Shown here piece by piece: positions 1-13,904 of a DNA stretch of 64,000 nucleotides (positions within the stretch are counted from its first letter, which is position 1; every line of letters starts with the position of its first letter). Under the pieces are notes generated by a model that saw only the letters and a program-made list of their open reading frames with translations, did no database searches and had not been told where the DNA came from. The translations under genes and the position numbers were made by a program. Source of the stretch: Chara braunii (lineage: Eukaryota; Plantae; Charophyceae); contig BFEA01000016.1 of the NCBI GenBank assembly GCA_003427395.1, forward strand, positions 446,949 to 510,948, written 5' to 3'.

Positions 1-5
1 CTTCC

Positions 6-65
<60 letters not shown>

Positions 66-188
66 CACGCGCGCATCCCACTGTTGACTTTCCTGTAACC
101 GTCCTCCCTTCCCCATCCATGTCACTCTCTCACACGCAAGAAAAAGAGACGCAAAAGGCCGACTCCCCCTAATCCTCCTCCCTTCCCG

Positions 189-220
<32 letters not shown>

Positions 221-326
221 GCGCACATCCCACTGTTGACTTTCCTGTAACCGTCCTCACTTCCCCGTCCCTGTCACTCTCTCACACGCAAGAAAAAGAG
301 ACGCAAAAGGCCGACTCCCCCTAATC

Positions 327-396
<70 letters not shown>

Positions 397-458
397 TCCC
401 TCTCTCCCTCCCCCCCCCCCCCCCCCCCCCCCCCCCCTTCTCCCCCCCCCCCCCCCCC

Positions 459-498
<40 letters not shown>

Positions 499-1938
499 CA
501 CACGTAAGGGAAAAAACAGAAATAGAGCGCGATTTTCGGCCTTCCACACTCCACCTTACCCCTGCCCCTCTTCCCCGTCCCCCCATCTGTCTCCCATCCA
601 CGACATGTACTGCTATCCCTCCCGCTCTTCCCCTTTGTCACTGTACCATCCTTACCCCTCAACTCTCCCTTCCCTCCCAGGACGCTGTGCCATGCGCCAC
701 CTCATCCTCTTCCTCCAAATCCGCCCGAGCTATTGCTCTGCGCCTCTTCAAATTCTTTCCTCCCCCAGTCCTACTGTGGCTTCTGCTGCCCCTCTCCCCT
801 CCTGACCCCAATTCTCACGCGCCCCTCTTCACTCTCCTCCCACCAATCCATTTGTGTATGCCTCTCTCTCTCTCTCTCTCTCTCTCTCCACCTTCGCCTG
901 ACCTCTTCCCTTACTCCGTACCCCACCCAACCATTGCCCTTCCTCCGGCCGACCTCACCATGCCGTCTTTCCCCTCCTCTTCCTCTTCACATGCTCGTCC
1001 CCCCCTTACCTCTTCCCTTCCTCCATATGTCACTCAACCTCTAAACTACGTTCTGCTTTCTGTCCTCCCTCCGCCCTACTTCTCCCTGCCGCCTCCCTTT
1101 CCTCCCTGCCTCCTCTTGACCTTCTCTTATAACCTCCCTCTGCCCTCCCTTCACCTGCCCACCTCACTCCCTTCCTTCGTCCAATCTCCGCCTGACCTCC
1201 TTCCCTCATCTCCTCCGTCCTCCTCCTTCCTCCTTCCTCTGCCCGACTTGCCCTGTTCTCCTCCTTCCCCCAATCTCCTTCCTCCCATTCCTTCCTTTGC
1301 CCGATCTCTACCTGAACTCCTGCTTCCGCCCTACTCTCTGCGGCCTTTCCCCTGCCTACTGGCCTCCTCAGCACTTTCTCTTCAGCCTCCCACTGGCCTC
1401 CGTCCGCCTGGCCGCCTCATTCCCCTTCATCCGCCCCCTTCGTTCGCCTGATCTCTGTCTGCCCTCCTTCCCCCAATCTCCTTCCTCCCCTTCCTTCCTC
1501 AGCCTGATCACCACCTGACCACCTCCTTCCATTCCTCCCTCCGTTGTACTCCCTACCTGCCCCTTCCTCCCTCAACTGGCGGCCCTCCTTTCGTAACGCC
1601 CGACCCAGTGGACGTAAACGCTCCATTTGTTATCAAGATCGCTCCATTTCTTTTAAAGATCTCAACACCGTTGCACACGCTCAAGAAGGAGAGAGGGAAA
1701 GCAGGAGAGAGAAAAACGCATTTCACCTCTTCCTTCCTCGCACCTTCTTTGCCCTTGTCTCTCTTCCACCACCACGTCTTCTGCCTCCTCAAGATCTTCC
1801 TCCTCAACATTCTCCCTCGGTCTTTTTTCTTTGGAGCGGCCTTATGATTAACTGCCTGCACCAGGTATTTCAGGGTATCGATATTTCTTCCCATACTTCT
1901 CTCTTCCTCCCCAAGCCCTACACACACCACACTGAGTC

Positions 1939-1981
<43 letters not shown>

Positions 1982-2269
1982 TCTCTCGCGCGCGCGCGCC
2001 ATCCATCCACACCTCTCGCTGTGTGCGTCTGTGCGCAACCGCACGCGCGACACGCTCGCCCTTATTCACATTGGAAAAAAAAACGTGGCTCTAAGCCTTA
2101 ACGCAAATTGAAAGCTAAGAAAAACGTAATGCACTCTCTATATCATTCCCAGATAAGGTAGCATGAAGGGAGGGAGGACAGAGGGCCGAGGAAGGTAACG
2201 CCACCAGAGGAAGGAGCGCAAAGGCCACGGAGGGAAGAAGGAAGGAGAAAGGGAGGAAGAAGGGAGGGC

Positions 2270-2387
2270 CGATGATGAGCACCAAAAGCACGTCTGGATG
2301 GATTCACGATGAGCACGCATCCACGGTGACCACGTCTGGATGAGCATGAAAATTACTGATCAATGATGAGCACGTCTGCAGAGCACA

Positions 2388-2442
<55 letters not shown>

Positions 2443-2659
2443 CAATGAGCACCAAGGAGAGCACCAAAGGAGCAAACACGATGAGCAGCAATGAAGACAA
2501 AGCATGGATCCAAGCACGGATGAGCACCGGCCACCAATCGAACCACGATGAGCACCAAATCGAACCAAAGCACGATGAGCAGCAAGCACCAAATCGAACC
2601 ACGATGAGCACCGAGCACCAAATCGAACCACGAACCACGGCGACCACCAAAGAGAGAGC

Positions 2660-2660
<1 letters not shown>
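2270..2660 (+). repeat. Degenerate minisatellite, unit ~CACGATGAGCACCAAATCGAAC, interrupted by (GA)n
   Basis: Many recurring ATGAGCA(C/G) cores at roughly 15-30 bp spacing. Confidence 0.8.
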
Positions 2661-2703
<43 letters not shown>

Positions 2704-2963
2704 GCACCCATAGAGCACCGACCGACAATCACACGCGCACGGACCACGGAGCACACAGGCGCACCGAGAAAGAGAGACGAAGTGCCGGGCGATTGGAGAA
2801 GTGGCCGTGGGCGGCAACAACATTGCGCGGGCGATTGGAGCGGTGGGCCAGCAACGGAAAAACGGGCGTGGCAAGTGTAGTAGCTGTTCTGATCAGGATA
2901 AAAAAAATAAAAATAAAAATAAAAACAGGCACGCGGGCGATTCGGTACCGAGCTTGAAGGAGT

Positions 2964-3073
<110 letters not shown>

Positions 3074-3149
3074 CGGCCACGATTACGGGCCGACGGGCGG
3101 GCGAACGGGCGCCTCCGGTAGCCTCCGGTAGCGATATCTCACGGCCCGA

Positions 3150-3281
3150 CTCACGGCCCGAATTGCAGGCCGGTAACGCGCCGCAGACGGCCCAGATCGC
3201 AGGCCGATCAGAAAGTTTTCTGATCGGCCTGCGATCTGGGCCGTCCGCGGCGCGTTACCGGCCTGCAATTCAGGCCGTGAG
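3150..3281. repeat. Near-perfect ~130-bp palindrome
   Basis: Arms of ~65 bp (CTCACGGCCCGAATTGCAGGCCGGTAACGCG...GATCAGAAA and its reverse complement), 2 mismatches, 2-nt centre at 3215-3216. Confidence 0.95.
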
Positions 3282-3498
3282 ATATGACATTTAGCAGTTC
3301 TTATATTAGGTGTAGATGTAGATGTAGATGTAGATGTAGAATAAAATGCCGAATAAAAGAAAAGCAAATAGGACAAAAATGTGAGTCTGCTCCCGAAACG
3401 TGGCCGTGGCCCACCAGGTCGCACAAATGTTGCGCGGCGTGGGGTCCGAATGATGAAACGTCGGGCCTGCAAGCGGCTGTGTAGGAGCCCATAGCATG

Positions 3499-3568
<70 letters not shown>

Positions 3569-4804
3569 CCCCCCTCCCTCCCCCACGTTCCTATCCCCTC
3601 TTACCCTCCATCTTTTCCATCTTTGTCATGGTGCCTCTCTCTCTTTCCCCACCCTGCGGTACGCTCTCCTTTTGCACCCAGAGACATGCTGTACCTGGGC
3701 TGCCTGTCTCTTCCTAGCTCTCACTCTCTTGGCCTCACTCCACTACATAACGCTATCTGCATCCGGAGCTTGTAATCGACCTGTTCAAAATGTTGGACAT
3801 ATATGAATGCATCTGGGCCAGAAGTGTCCAAATGCATGTATAGAGTTGAGTGAGTGAGGCCCTGTATCTGAAAAGAAAGTCTGTGTCGCAACAAAACATG
3901 AGCGCAGAAGAAGAGATACCTCAGACGCATGCATAGGGGGTTTGGATCGCTATGGTAATATGGAAAGGTGGGAAGAAAGAGGGGGAAGATGTTGAGGACG
4001 GGAAAAGGGATTACCACCTATGCTTTCAAGATTGGACCCAGATTAACCCCTCTATCCCGCTCCGTCCCCTCTCAGACTTTCCGGATCTCTTCCCACCCCC
4101 TCCTTTAGATCTGGTTGAAATGGAATGGTATGGGGGGGATTGCGAGCTAAGGTAGTATGGAATGAGACAGTATCAAAATGGTGAATGTTTAGTGGATGTT
4201 TTATTGGGGGATGGGATGGAAAAATCTTTTGGGAGAAGGAGAAACTAGTCTTTCAATAGCAGGTATTTGGCGCCTGGTATAGGGCGAAGAGGTTTCTCCT
4301 TTTCCCATTAACCTGCTCAGTCAATCCTCTGGAAGGCAGAGTAAACAATGCTGGCAGGTGCTTTCCTCTGTTTTTTTCTTTGTCATGCTCCTGAATCGTT
4401 GTGTACAAGGGACGCTGGACCCGTTTTCCAGCAGGTGATGCTCCCCACCAATAGATGGAGCCTTCTCTGGGTGCTATTGCTGTCTGCTCTTACCAGTAGC
4501 ACTGGCACTGCAGGGGGTGTTGTAAAAAAAAAAAAAAAAAAAAAAAAAGCAAACACAAAACAGCGCCGCCAACACACATGCGAAAATTATTCATTCCCTT
4601 TGGGGGTGTGTTTTGCGCATTTAGTGAGCGGGGCACTGAGGCCCTATATCTCGTGGCCCTCGCCCTTTGAAAGAAACCATGGTTACGCTGGACCCGGACA
4701 TCGGACCAGTCCAGACGTCCAGTCGAACCCAGTGCATCACGCTTGGGGGGGGGGCCGGGATTTTCGGGCGTCCCTGTCCCTGTCCCCGCCCCCTCGTTTC
4801 CACA

Positions 4805-5020
4805 AAATGGGGCCTATTGGACCCTGCATTTTTGAAAAAATGTGCAGCAGATCTCTGCCACCGATCTGTGGAGATCGGCGGTGGAGATCTACCGCACACT
4901 TTCTTTAACAATGCGGGGTCCCATAGGACCCACTTTTCGAATTTCGAAACACGCCTGGTTCTGGCCACTGATCTCGAGATCAGCGGCCGAAATCGGGCGC
5001 GTTTCAAAATTTGAAATGCG
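4805..5020. repeat. Two adjacent imperfect palindromes (fold-back or MITE-like)
   Basis: Hairpins centred near 4868 (CCGATCT..AGATCGG) and 4975 (CTGATCTCGAGATCAG). Confidence 0.7.
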
Positions 5021-5513
5021 CCACCCCGCCTTCACTCCGGCCCACCCCTGTTCCCACTTCGTTAGAAACTCTTGAAAATCAATCATCAAACACATCCCCC
5101 TGCACCCCCACTCCGGCCCATCCCCACGACGAGGTTGACGTCGCGTTCATTCCAGTCGCCGTCAACCTCCCCGCTGCAGCCCGCGACGTCCAAGCTCGCC
5201 AGCCCACCACCGCCATTCTCGCCAGCGCCATCGTGAAGCGGCGCACAATGCACCTCCCATGGCCGCGAAGGGACGTGAGGTAAGTATAGACCTTTTTTTT
5301 TTTTTTTTACCATATCCATTCTGGGGAGCATCAGTCCGGTTCCTATTCCACCGGCAAGTCAAAAAATTACATTTTGACCACACACACGTTTCCTTCCATC
5401 TGGCCGAAGGATCCCTGAACAGCATTGATTGCTCCAGCAGTGTGGAGGGTTGACTGCCAGCTTGCCATACCTCTACCTTTCCTCTCAGATCCAGATCCCT
5501 GAACCTGTCATAT

Positions 5514-5624
5514 CTATTTTGAAAGCAAGAAAGCGATAGAAGATGAGGAGAGCCGCAATCTCAGAAGATGCCAATACAATAATTTGCCACCGAGTTCACG
5601 TGGCCAATAATGGGTCTCGTCCAA
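5514..5624 (-). CDS. Possible terminal exon of the RBBP5-like gene
   Basis: CTGCAG acceptor, phase-0 open frame to TAG at 5514. No homology support. Confidence 0.25.
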   Translation of the reverse strand: MDETHYWPRELGGKLLYWHLLRLRLSSSSIAFLLSK

Positions 5625-5685
5625 CTGCAGACTGAAGGTAAGTGTGGACCTTAGTTTTTGTGTTTTTTGTTGTTGTTCTTCTTCT

Positions 5686-5723
<38 letters not shown>

Positions 5724-5928
5724 TGCTTCTTCTTCTTCTTTCTTTTTCTTGTTCATCTGTTTCTCCTCTTGGTCTTCGTCTTTCTTTGTCTTCGTCTTTC
5801 TTTTTCTTCGTGGGGTTCTTGGACTGGGAGAGAGAGAGAGAGAGCTTCGCCCCCCACGTCTTGCACCACCATCCCCTCCTCCTCCTGCTCTTCTTTTTCG
5901 TCTTCTTCATCTTCTACTTCTTTCGCTC

Positions 5929-6190
5929 TTTTTCTCCATCTTTTTCTCCTCCTTATTTTTTGTCAGGATCTTGGGGAGAGAGAGAGGGAGCGACCTCCTC
6001 CTTCTACTCCTTCCCCTACTACAGCGCAGTCTCCTCACCGTCCTCCCCCCCCCCCCCCCCCCCTCTTTTTCTCCATCTTTTTCTCCTCCTTATTTTTTGT
6101 CAGGATCTTGGGGAGAGAGAGAGGGAGCGACCTCCTCCTTCTACTCCTTCCCCTACTACAGCGCAGTCTCCTCACCGTCCTCCCCCCCNC
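5929..6190 (+). repeat. ~135-bp tandem direct duplication
   Basis: TTTTTCTCCATCTTTTTCTCC...CTCACCGTCCTCCCC occurs twice. It ends near an N, so it may be an assembly artefact. Confidence 0.8.
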
Positions 6191-7067
6191 CCCCCCCCAA
6201 AAAAAAAAACAGTGCAACTTCAAACTTTTGATGGCGGATTCCGACAGATCCCGGAGAGCACAGTCGGAATCCGGAAAAATAAATACATGAAATTAGCTAG
6301 GCTACCAGAGTGGCCCGAGACCACCTACCCGGCCGGGCCAAAAAAAAAAAAAAAAAAAACCTTGGTATAAGTTAAAAAGAATTTCGACATGACCCTGAGG
6401 TTCAGTTTATTTTTCTGCATAACATAGTTTTTTTGGGACTTTTCTTTTTTTTTCCTTTTGTTCTGTTTTTGCTTGGACCTTCCGCGCTCCTTGCATGGCT
6501 GCGCCGCCCCGGAAAAAAAGGTGACCCGGGCGGCCCAGCTGATAGCCTACAAAATTGGGCATTTTTTAAATAAAACCGGTTTTCCGGTTCACCCCCCAGG
6601 GCCCGGCCTGGCGCCGGTCGGACTGAGCCTGCTGAAGCGGCCAGATCCTGGCCCAGGCCTGACAAAAACAGAATATGCCAGATGCATGTCAGATCTCCAC
6701 GAAAAAAGGTCCACACAAAAATCCAAGACCCGCTACAAAAGATCAACGGATCCACACAACACCAATGATTTCAGCCTTACGATGTATTTTTTTTGCAACG
6801 ATCCAACGCATCGAGGAACAATTCTCCTTTCACATAAAAAATACCCAATTTGAGGCACGATCGCCAGATTGACCGATCCAAAGGCCAACGGTGCATGAGA
6901 ACTCAATCGTGGTGCCACCACTTGCTCCACCGCCAGCGACTTTTAGCGTTTTGTTTTGTTAGCTTGCACACAGAATATTAAGACCAACCTTATGAACTCA
7001 GAGCAGCAAGGAACACAGGGAAATACAGGAACTCAGAAGAGGGAAGCATTAAGCCGCGACAACATAC

Positions 7068-9328
7068 CTCTGCTGATCTCTTCCCACTGCTACACTCCCG
7101 TATAGGATCAGTGGCACCATTCTCCTTTAAGATCCCCTCCTGACAGTGCATCCATTCTTTACGCTGCTGAGTCATCCAAGGACACTGAACATGGACCGAA
7201 CGGACTTCCTGCCCCCAAGGGTCAGGCCGTGAGCTTCCCCGCTGGTTCATGTTCTCCAGGACAGAATGGTATCCATCTTGTTTCCCATGCCACATCATCT
7301 CGGCCTCACTTTCCTTGTCTGTGTTAGGTCGTGAAAGCTGAGCTCTGGGCCAATGATACAGGACCCCCCACTTGCCATTAATCTGAGATCTGCAAGCTTG
7401 GACCCCAGGAGCAAGTCCTATGCGCCGTTCAGCATCCATTCTGAAATCCCGCATGATTACTCCAACCCTCCTCTCCTGGATAGGACCACCGCAGCTCCGA
7501 ACCACTCCCACCCGCGTCATCCCGGTCGTCAATGGAGGATTTGTTACACTTTCTTCATCCCTCCAGTTTGGACACTCACCCGGCAAAACTCTTCTCAACA
7601 TGGGGCCCACTTCCACAAGGGTGGAAGTGCCTGACACCTCCGCTTTGGATCTGTCAGATGGGCTCGTTGTCATGCTATAAAACCTCACACACTCCTTTTC
7701 CCTTGGCTGCTTCGTGGGAGGCTTCACAACATGAAACATCGGCCTCCCAAACGTGGCTTCTGCCGGCCCCTCCGTTCCAACGGGTGATCGCCCAGGCATG
7801 AGGAGGTCTGCACTCTCTAATCCACAGCACTCCCCCGAAGGTGCTACCTTCTTTCGGGGCTGGCTGACCTTCACTCGGGCATTGTTCCTCTCATTCACGA
7901 TGCCCTTCTTCCCTTTGCCAAGAGCAGCCCGTCCCTTTTCAGGTTGTGATGGGCCAACAGCTTCTGCCTTGCCTCTCCGGGATTCTGCCCTGATCACTAT
8001 TCCCTTTGGGACGCCACTGTCTCCTACTGGCTGGCATCCTTTTCTAAGCATAGCAGGTCTTGCACCCAATGACTTAGCAGACATCATTCCCTTCATACCG
8101 CCCTTTTTCTGTTCCATTCCTGAACACTTGATGCTCTGTGTTGCCTTGGAGGATGGCTCACCTCTAACCGCAGCTGTATCTGTAGTTCCAACTCTCCACG
8201 TTTGCCCAACAGCGGGTCTCACAGCGGCTGTGCCCAACCGAGGGCCCCTGCCAACAACACGAGTTGGTGTCAGCTCATCGCCCCGCATCTTTGTTCTATT
8301 TGGCGTTCCCGGGACAGCTTCAACTCTCCAGACAGGCCTTTTCACACTCATTCGTGACTCTGCTTTGCCCACACTCTGTTGCAACATGTGGCCTGGATCT
8401 GCACCCACTGGCTGTCCTTCAAGACCAGCATGATGAACTTGAGATATATCAGCTTTCTTGCGCGTACTGCCTGTTTTCTTGGCTTCCCCAGCCGATCGGC
8501 CAGATACACCAGTCACTCCCATCTTTCGAGATGGACCCTTCCGAGGATTCCCGTTATCCAGTACCCTGTCATTTCCAGCAGTACGTGTCGTTTGCTCAAT
8601 GACTGTCACCCCTGATCCCGCAGCATTCCAATCCCTGCCTTCTGTTCCTAATGTCCCAGGAGCAACTCGAGATGAGCCTGGTTTCTTCTTCCTCGTACCC
8701 AAAAGAGGATCCTTGTCATTGATCACAGTGCTGGCAACAGCACCCGTTGATGTCTCGGGGAGGCTGCCCAATTGTGGCTCCTGAGCATGGAACATTCCGC
8801 TACTAACAGGATGTCCCATCGCTGAGTTTCTCCACCCCTTGCCACTGCTCGGAGTTCTGGCTTTTCTTGCCCTATCACCTTCCCCAGCTTTCTGAGCTGC
8901 CTCCTCACCTTCGGATCCAACCAACTTCTGGGAGCGCACCGCATCGCCACCCACCCAGAACAAAGAGGTTCCTGAGTCCCCACCACCTTGGCCTCGACGC
9001 AAAGTCCCTACTGCCTCGCTCAGAGCCTTCTCGGAGGTGCATGCCTCTCTCGCAAGCACTGTCCTTGGGGAGCCTACTTTGCTGCAAGGCTCCCCACAAG
9101 ATGCCACAGTAGGAGGTTGCCCTGCTGCAGCTGCGATGGGTGAAGTCGTTGCCTCACCCTTTACAGAGGGTGTTTTGACATCAGTTTTCCCTGCACTTCC
9201 TCCTGGCTTCTTCTTCGACTTTCCCAAAGATCGCCGCTTCTCAAGTAGTTCCTGAACCTGAACAGACCTCTCCGTCAATTTCCTCTTCCGAACTGGCCTG
9301 CCATTAGGACCAATCTGCACTACGTCCT
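7068..9328 (-). CDS. RBBP5: RBBP5/RBL-like long C-terminal exon (~750 aa, basic, low complexity)
   Basis: Lies within the 818-aa ORF. Phase-1 GTGCAG acceptor is compatible with the previous exon. Starts GRPVRKRKLTERSVQVQE, like the plant RBL KRKRK.SEK..ELQ motif. GTATGT donor at 7067. Confidence 0.65.
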
Positions 9329-9639
9329 CTGCACACGACAAACACACCAAGGAGACTAAATTCAAAACCTTCCCAAACATAGGGATCAATCTACACAACA
9401 AGTTCAGAGAGTGAGGAGAGAGAGAGAACCTTTCACCAGCGGGCACAGTTAATGGTGGGAGACGAGGGAGGGGGGAGGGAGGGGGGGGGGGGGGAACAAC
9501 TCCAAAGGATTGGTGTTGCAGGGTAGGATACCTTCCTGGACACTCAAGCTTCCTCTGCGTGGTTCCAGCCAGTACCTAGGCAGCCCCGGGCCCCGGTGTG
9601 AAATCAAAAAACTTTCTTTTGTAATGATGTAGAAAATCA

Positions 9640-10600
9640 CAGACTGAGAACTCTGATGATTTCAGAGGTTTTGGCGCTCACTGCTGAGATTTCGAAGTCT
9701 GTGTGTTTGCTTACTTGCTGGATTCCATGTGCTTGTCCAAGTGCACAATTGCCTGGGTATGATTGTGACCCGCCAGGGTACTTGTATGTTTAGAAGGCCA
9801 TCGGGTCTGGTACTTACCCATGGTACCCGCCAGGGTACTTGTATGCTTGGAAGGCCCTCGTGCCTGGTATTTACCTGTGGCCGCGGCTTTGTAGGTTGCA
9901 GCCCTGCGCAACTGAAAAACACTCAAGAAGCAGGCAGGTTAGGCCTGCGTAGCTAGAAAAATACTTAGCGGGTAGGTAGGCAGAAGAAGACAAAAAGTTA
10001 GTACCTTTTGAGGGTGAGTGCATTTTAAAAGTCCAGTAGGCCTAGGTCTGTGGGGTACCAGTCCAGTAGTCCGACTCTAGGGCCTGTAGCGGATGATATC
10101 AGACCTGCAATGATGTTCTCCTCTGAAAGGAGGAAGGTACTGGATGCTTGGGACGCCGAGCGGCCTGGAAAGTCACAGCCCAAATGGCAAGCTGCCCGGT
10201 AAATATCCTGGAGGTGCTCCTCATTTCACGGTGTGCAAGTTCGGCATCACACTGCTGGAACGAGCGGGTAATCTCAGTGCTGGGGAGGAAGGAGACCTGG
10301 AGCTCCAGCTCTAGCTATGGCGGAGCAGTCCAGGTAAGAGGAGGAGGAATGACCTGGCTATTCTGGACAGCATCTTCATCTTCTTGGTTGGTGCTGCACC
10401 TGGAAGGCCCCAGAGGGAGTGCCCTGCTTCTAAGAAGGCTACAGGGCAGAGTTAGGCATGGTAGGCATGGTGGCGATGGTAGAGGGGACATATCAGCTTT
10501 GCATCGTCCTTTGAACATTGGGGCAAGGGCCCACGGGTCCACTGAGGTTATGGCTCTGGTGGACCTCAAGTGTTTCTGGCAGGAGGAATTACCTGGCATG
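9640..10600 (+). mobile_element. Dispersed repeat, probably LTR-retrotransposon derived (copy A)
   Basis: 9640-10170 is homologous to 13905-14445 in the same orientation. 10300-10530 is homologous to 18830-19030 inverted. Confidence 0.6.
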
Positions 10601-11779
10601 TACCTTGGTTGCTTCTGCTGACGTCAGCTGGATGCTTTGTCATTTTTGCAGGCGAGTATAGTAGCTGTAAGATCGTAGTCTGAGCGCTGAGCGCCAATAG
10701 GGGAAAGAGGTTCAGGTACATTGTTGACGGTGGCGAGAGAGGGCTTTCATTGACAATTGAGTTTGATGCTTCGGTTCTCCTTTGGTGTGATATCAGTGCA
10801 TTTCTGCTTTCTGGACAGCTTACACCTTTCTGGCTTTCAATGTGATTTTGCAATTTGAAATTCAGTCATTTCGCTATTGCTCATGTTCCTTGCATTAACA
10901 TATAAACATGAGATTTCACAAAAACTCAAGAAGCCACCTTTCTTATTTCTGCAAACTCAGCCAGAAGTCATTCCAAAACATTCAGGTGCCGCACTTCCAT
11001 TTGCCGGATTTCCTCCTCCATTGTTGTCGACAAAGGTTAATCTGACAGACTCTAGGAAGGGTTTCTGCGGAATAAGAGGGAAACGGCAAGTTGACAGTCA
11101 ATCCTCCATAAAATGGACTGATCAACGATGTTCAGAGCTCCTTCGGTCAAATGAACGGAATCACGAGTTTGTACTTTGCACCTTGTGACTGGCCAGGGTA
11201 AAATCAACAGTTCTGAAAGGGAAAGTCCAGTTCTTTTTACCCTGGCAACTGGAAAAACATGTCCCCACAGAATGGATATGGAGCCAGACCGTGAGGACAT
11301 GTTTTACCCAAGAGGGGGGGGGGGGGAGGAGATGGAGGGAGGGGAGAGGAGATTTTGACAGGCCATACCGCCAAAAGTGGCTTGAAATAATGTTTCACCC
11401 CGCTTTCCATCACGGATTGTAGGGGGGGGTGGAATGGAGATTCTCTGGTAGGCATGTACCATATGCAGCACACTGCCCTGTGCACTGCACGCACATACTT
11501 TGCTACACATGGTGTGCTGCAAGCCTCATCGTCATTTACCACAACCATTCTTATTCCCACGCTGCCAAGAAGTCAAGCAGTTAATCACTGACTCTGTTAT
11601 TCGCATGCGCTAAATCCGATTTCCATTGCCGAGAAATGTGTGTCCCATGATCACACTCAGCCAATTCATGATTAAATATTTGTTTCCATCCTCAGGAAAT
11701 GTCCATATTATGAGCAACCCAGCACTCAGCCACTCATTATTGTTCGCATCTCACTCAAACGAGTCAGGGCCATATGTAC

Positions 11780-12143
11780 CTTGTATTGATTCCCCTGCAG
11801 CTCTATTGAGCTCTCCACCTTTCCCATTCGCACTTCGAGGAGCAGACTGTTCATCAGACCCCCCCTTTTCTGCTGCAGCGTCCTCGTTGTCACCATCTTC
11901 GGCGTGGTTTGCCTCGCCTTCACCCTCAGCGGCCGCACTGCCATCATGGCTCTGAGCCAAGTCTTTCCTTCTTCCACTTTGCGCTTGGACTTCATCCGGG
12001 GGACGATCTGGAATAGGAACTGTCGGTAAATAGTATAGGCAATCGCGGGAGTCATCAGAGTCGCTATACACAGACAGTCGTTCCACGGTCATAACGTCCA
12101 CATCTTCGTCCTCATCTTGCTCCACTTCATTACCTGAGACTCC
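11780..12143 (-). CDS. RBBP5: RBBP5/RBL-like exon (acidic VDV region)
   Basis: DEDEDVDVMTVE..YSDSDDS..LYYLP resembles the RBBP5 WDR5-binding VDV motif region. GTGCAG acceptor in phase 0, GTACAT donor in phase 1. Confidence 0.8.
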
Positions 12144-13029
12144 CTGCACATACACCAGTTGATCAACTGTAACTAGAAACTCCTGAGATGACTAAATCAC
12201 AGATAGACAATCTGCATTACACGTGATAGAAAGTTAATCAAGAAGAAAGCCCAGGGTTTCCGTTAGCAAAATGATGCGTGAAGGATACTGTGCATGTTCT
12301 GCATCTGCAGTCAACAACTAGGAGTCAGCAAATAGATAAAAACCACAGGCAACAGTTGCCAGCTGATGATCAGCAGCTATCAGTCACATTGCATCCAACA
12401 GAAACCAGAGAGTCAAAACGGACATGAGAGTCGAAAGGAACACAGGTCATCAAGCCACGTACCATTGGATACTCTGAAGGTGACAATCAAACTCTGTGCT
12501 GTGCCCACCCTCCTAAGGGATGTCTGTGATTGGTACTTTGTGTGAGAGAAGCCATCAGGAACACCTCATCGGGCGAAGTCCTCAGCCAGACTACTTGGGT
12601 GTGCTCCATGAACTGTCTTTGTATTACATTCATCTCACCGTGATGCATAATTCTACACGGCGAATGGGAGAACATGCATGATGAACAAGCCTTGCTCGAC
12701 AGACGCATCTCAAACAACGCATGCTTCAGTGAATGTGTGCTCCAGGCACCAACATCCACCTCAGACTGCCACAACATCCCCTCGGGGCAAAAAGAAAAGA
12801 GAGGTGAACTTTGGGTGCCGGAATAATTCTTTTGATTTTTCTATTACTTTTTCCCAAATAGATCACCACCCAGTATACCTCCCTGATCTTTTTCAGGGAT
12901 GTTCTGTCAAAAATTTTGATCATAAAGGATTGCTAAGTCTGTGCACGCCAAATCTTGCATGCTGACCACACTCGGTGGGCCCTTTTTCTGTCAGTCCGTC
13001 CAGTCAGCAGCGAAGTCCGAGGAAAGACA

Positions 13030-13790
13030 GGGTACCCGTCCTGTTTGTACCTAAAAGCAAGGAGAACTGCAAGTGTGTATCAACTATAGGGGACTGAGTG
13101 CTATCGCGATGAAAATTGCAGAGCCACTGCCACGAATAGATGACCTGCTAGATAGATTGGAGGAATGCAAATACATCTCAACGATAAATTTAAAATTTGG
13201 GTATCACCAGATTAAGTAGCTAAGGAGCACCAACCCAAGGCAACATTCCAGATTAGATAGGAACATTATGAATTTACTGGAATGCCCCTCGGCCTGACTA
13301 ATGCCCCTGCAACTTTTCGACGTTGCATGAATACGTTTAGGCACTGGCTTGACAGATTTGTAGTGTACCTAGATGAAATCTCAGCATGCAGCGAGTTGCA
13401 AGAAGAGCTTCCGGAGCACTTGTGCAAGGTTCCAATTTGAGGGAGAGTCAGTTCAAGCTAAAACCAAAGACATGTAAGTGCGCTAAGCAAAGAGTGCTGT
13501 ATCTCGGTCATGCTTCAGACGGAGATGGAGTAGAGTCGGAAGATAGCCATCAGGGATTGGCCTACAAAAACCTCACCGAACTGTCCTCCTTCCTAGGCTT
13601 TCGTAACCCCATTCCGCAGAAGCCACATCTGGCTATGGGACAAAGACTGTACCTTGTCCTTATGCAGAAGAAGCAAACGTTAATAGATTACCGAGTTCTA
13701 TAGGCATGCGAGATATAGGCTAGTTTGACTTTGGGTTTCCTTAAGTGCTTTGTAGCCGCTGATGCGCTGTCTAGGAGGGAAGAATTCTTT
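13030..13790 (+). pseudogene. Degenerate Ty3/gypsy reverse transcriptase/RNase H fragment
   Basis: Encodes CINYRGL..EPLPRIDDLLDRL..GYHQI, MPLGLTNAPATF, VVYLDEI, TELSSFLG, VAADALSR. Contains stops and frameshifts. Confidence 0.9.
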
Positions 13791-13904
13791 GGGAATATCA
13801 GTGACTACCTAGATGCAAGACAACAATTGCAGCAAGAAATTGGAGATGCCTAGTCGGACAACATTCGTAAAAACATGAACTGCCCGAATGTAAGGACCTC
13901 CCAA

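Noticed and set aside
1-2100. Pro/Ser/Leu-rich and ER-repeat ORFs
   Set aside because: Products of (CT)n, poly-C and pyrimidine-rich low-complexity sequence.
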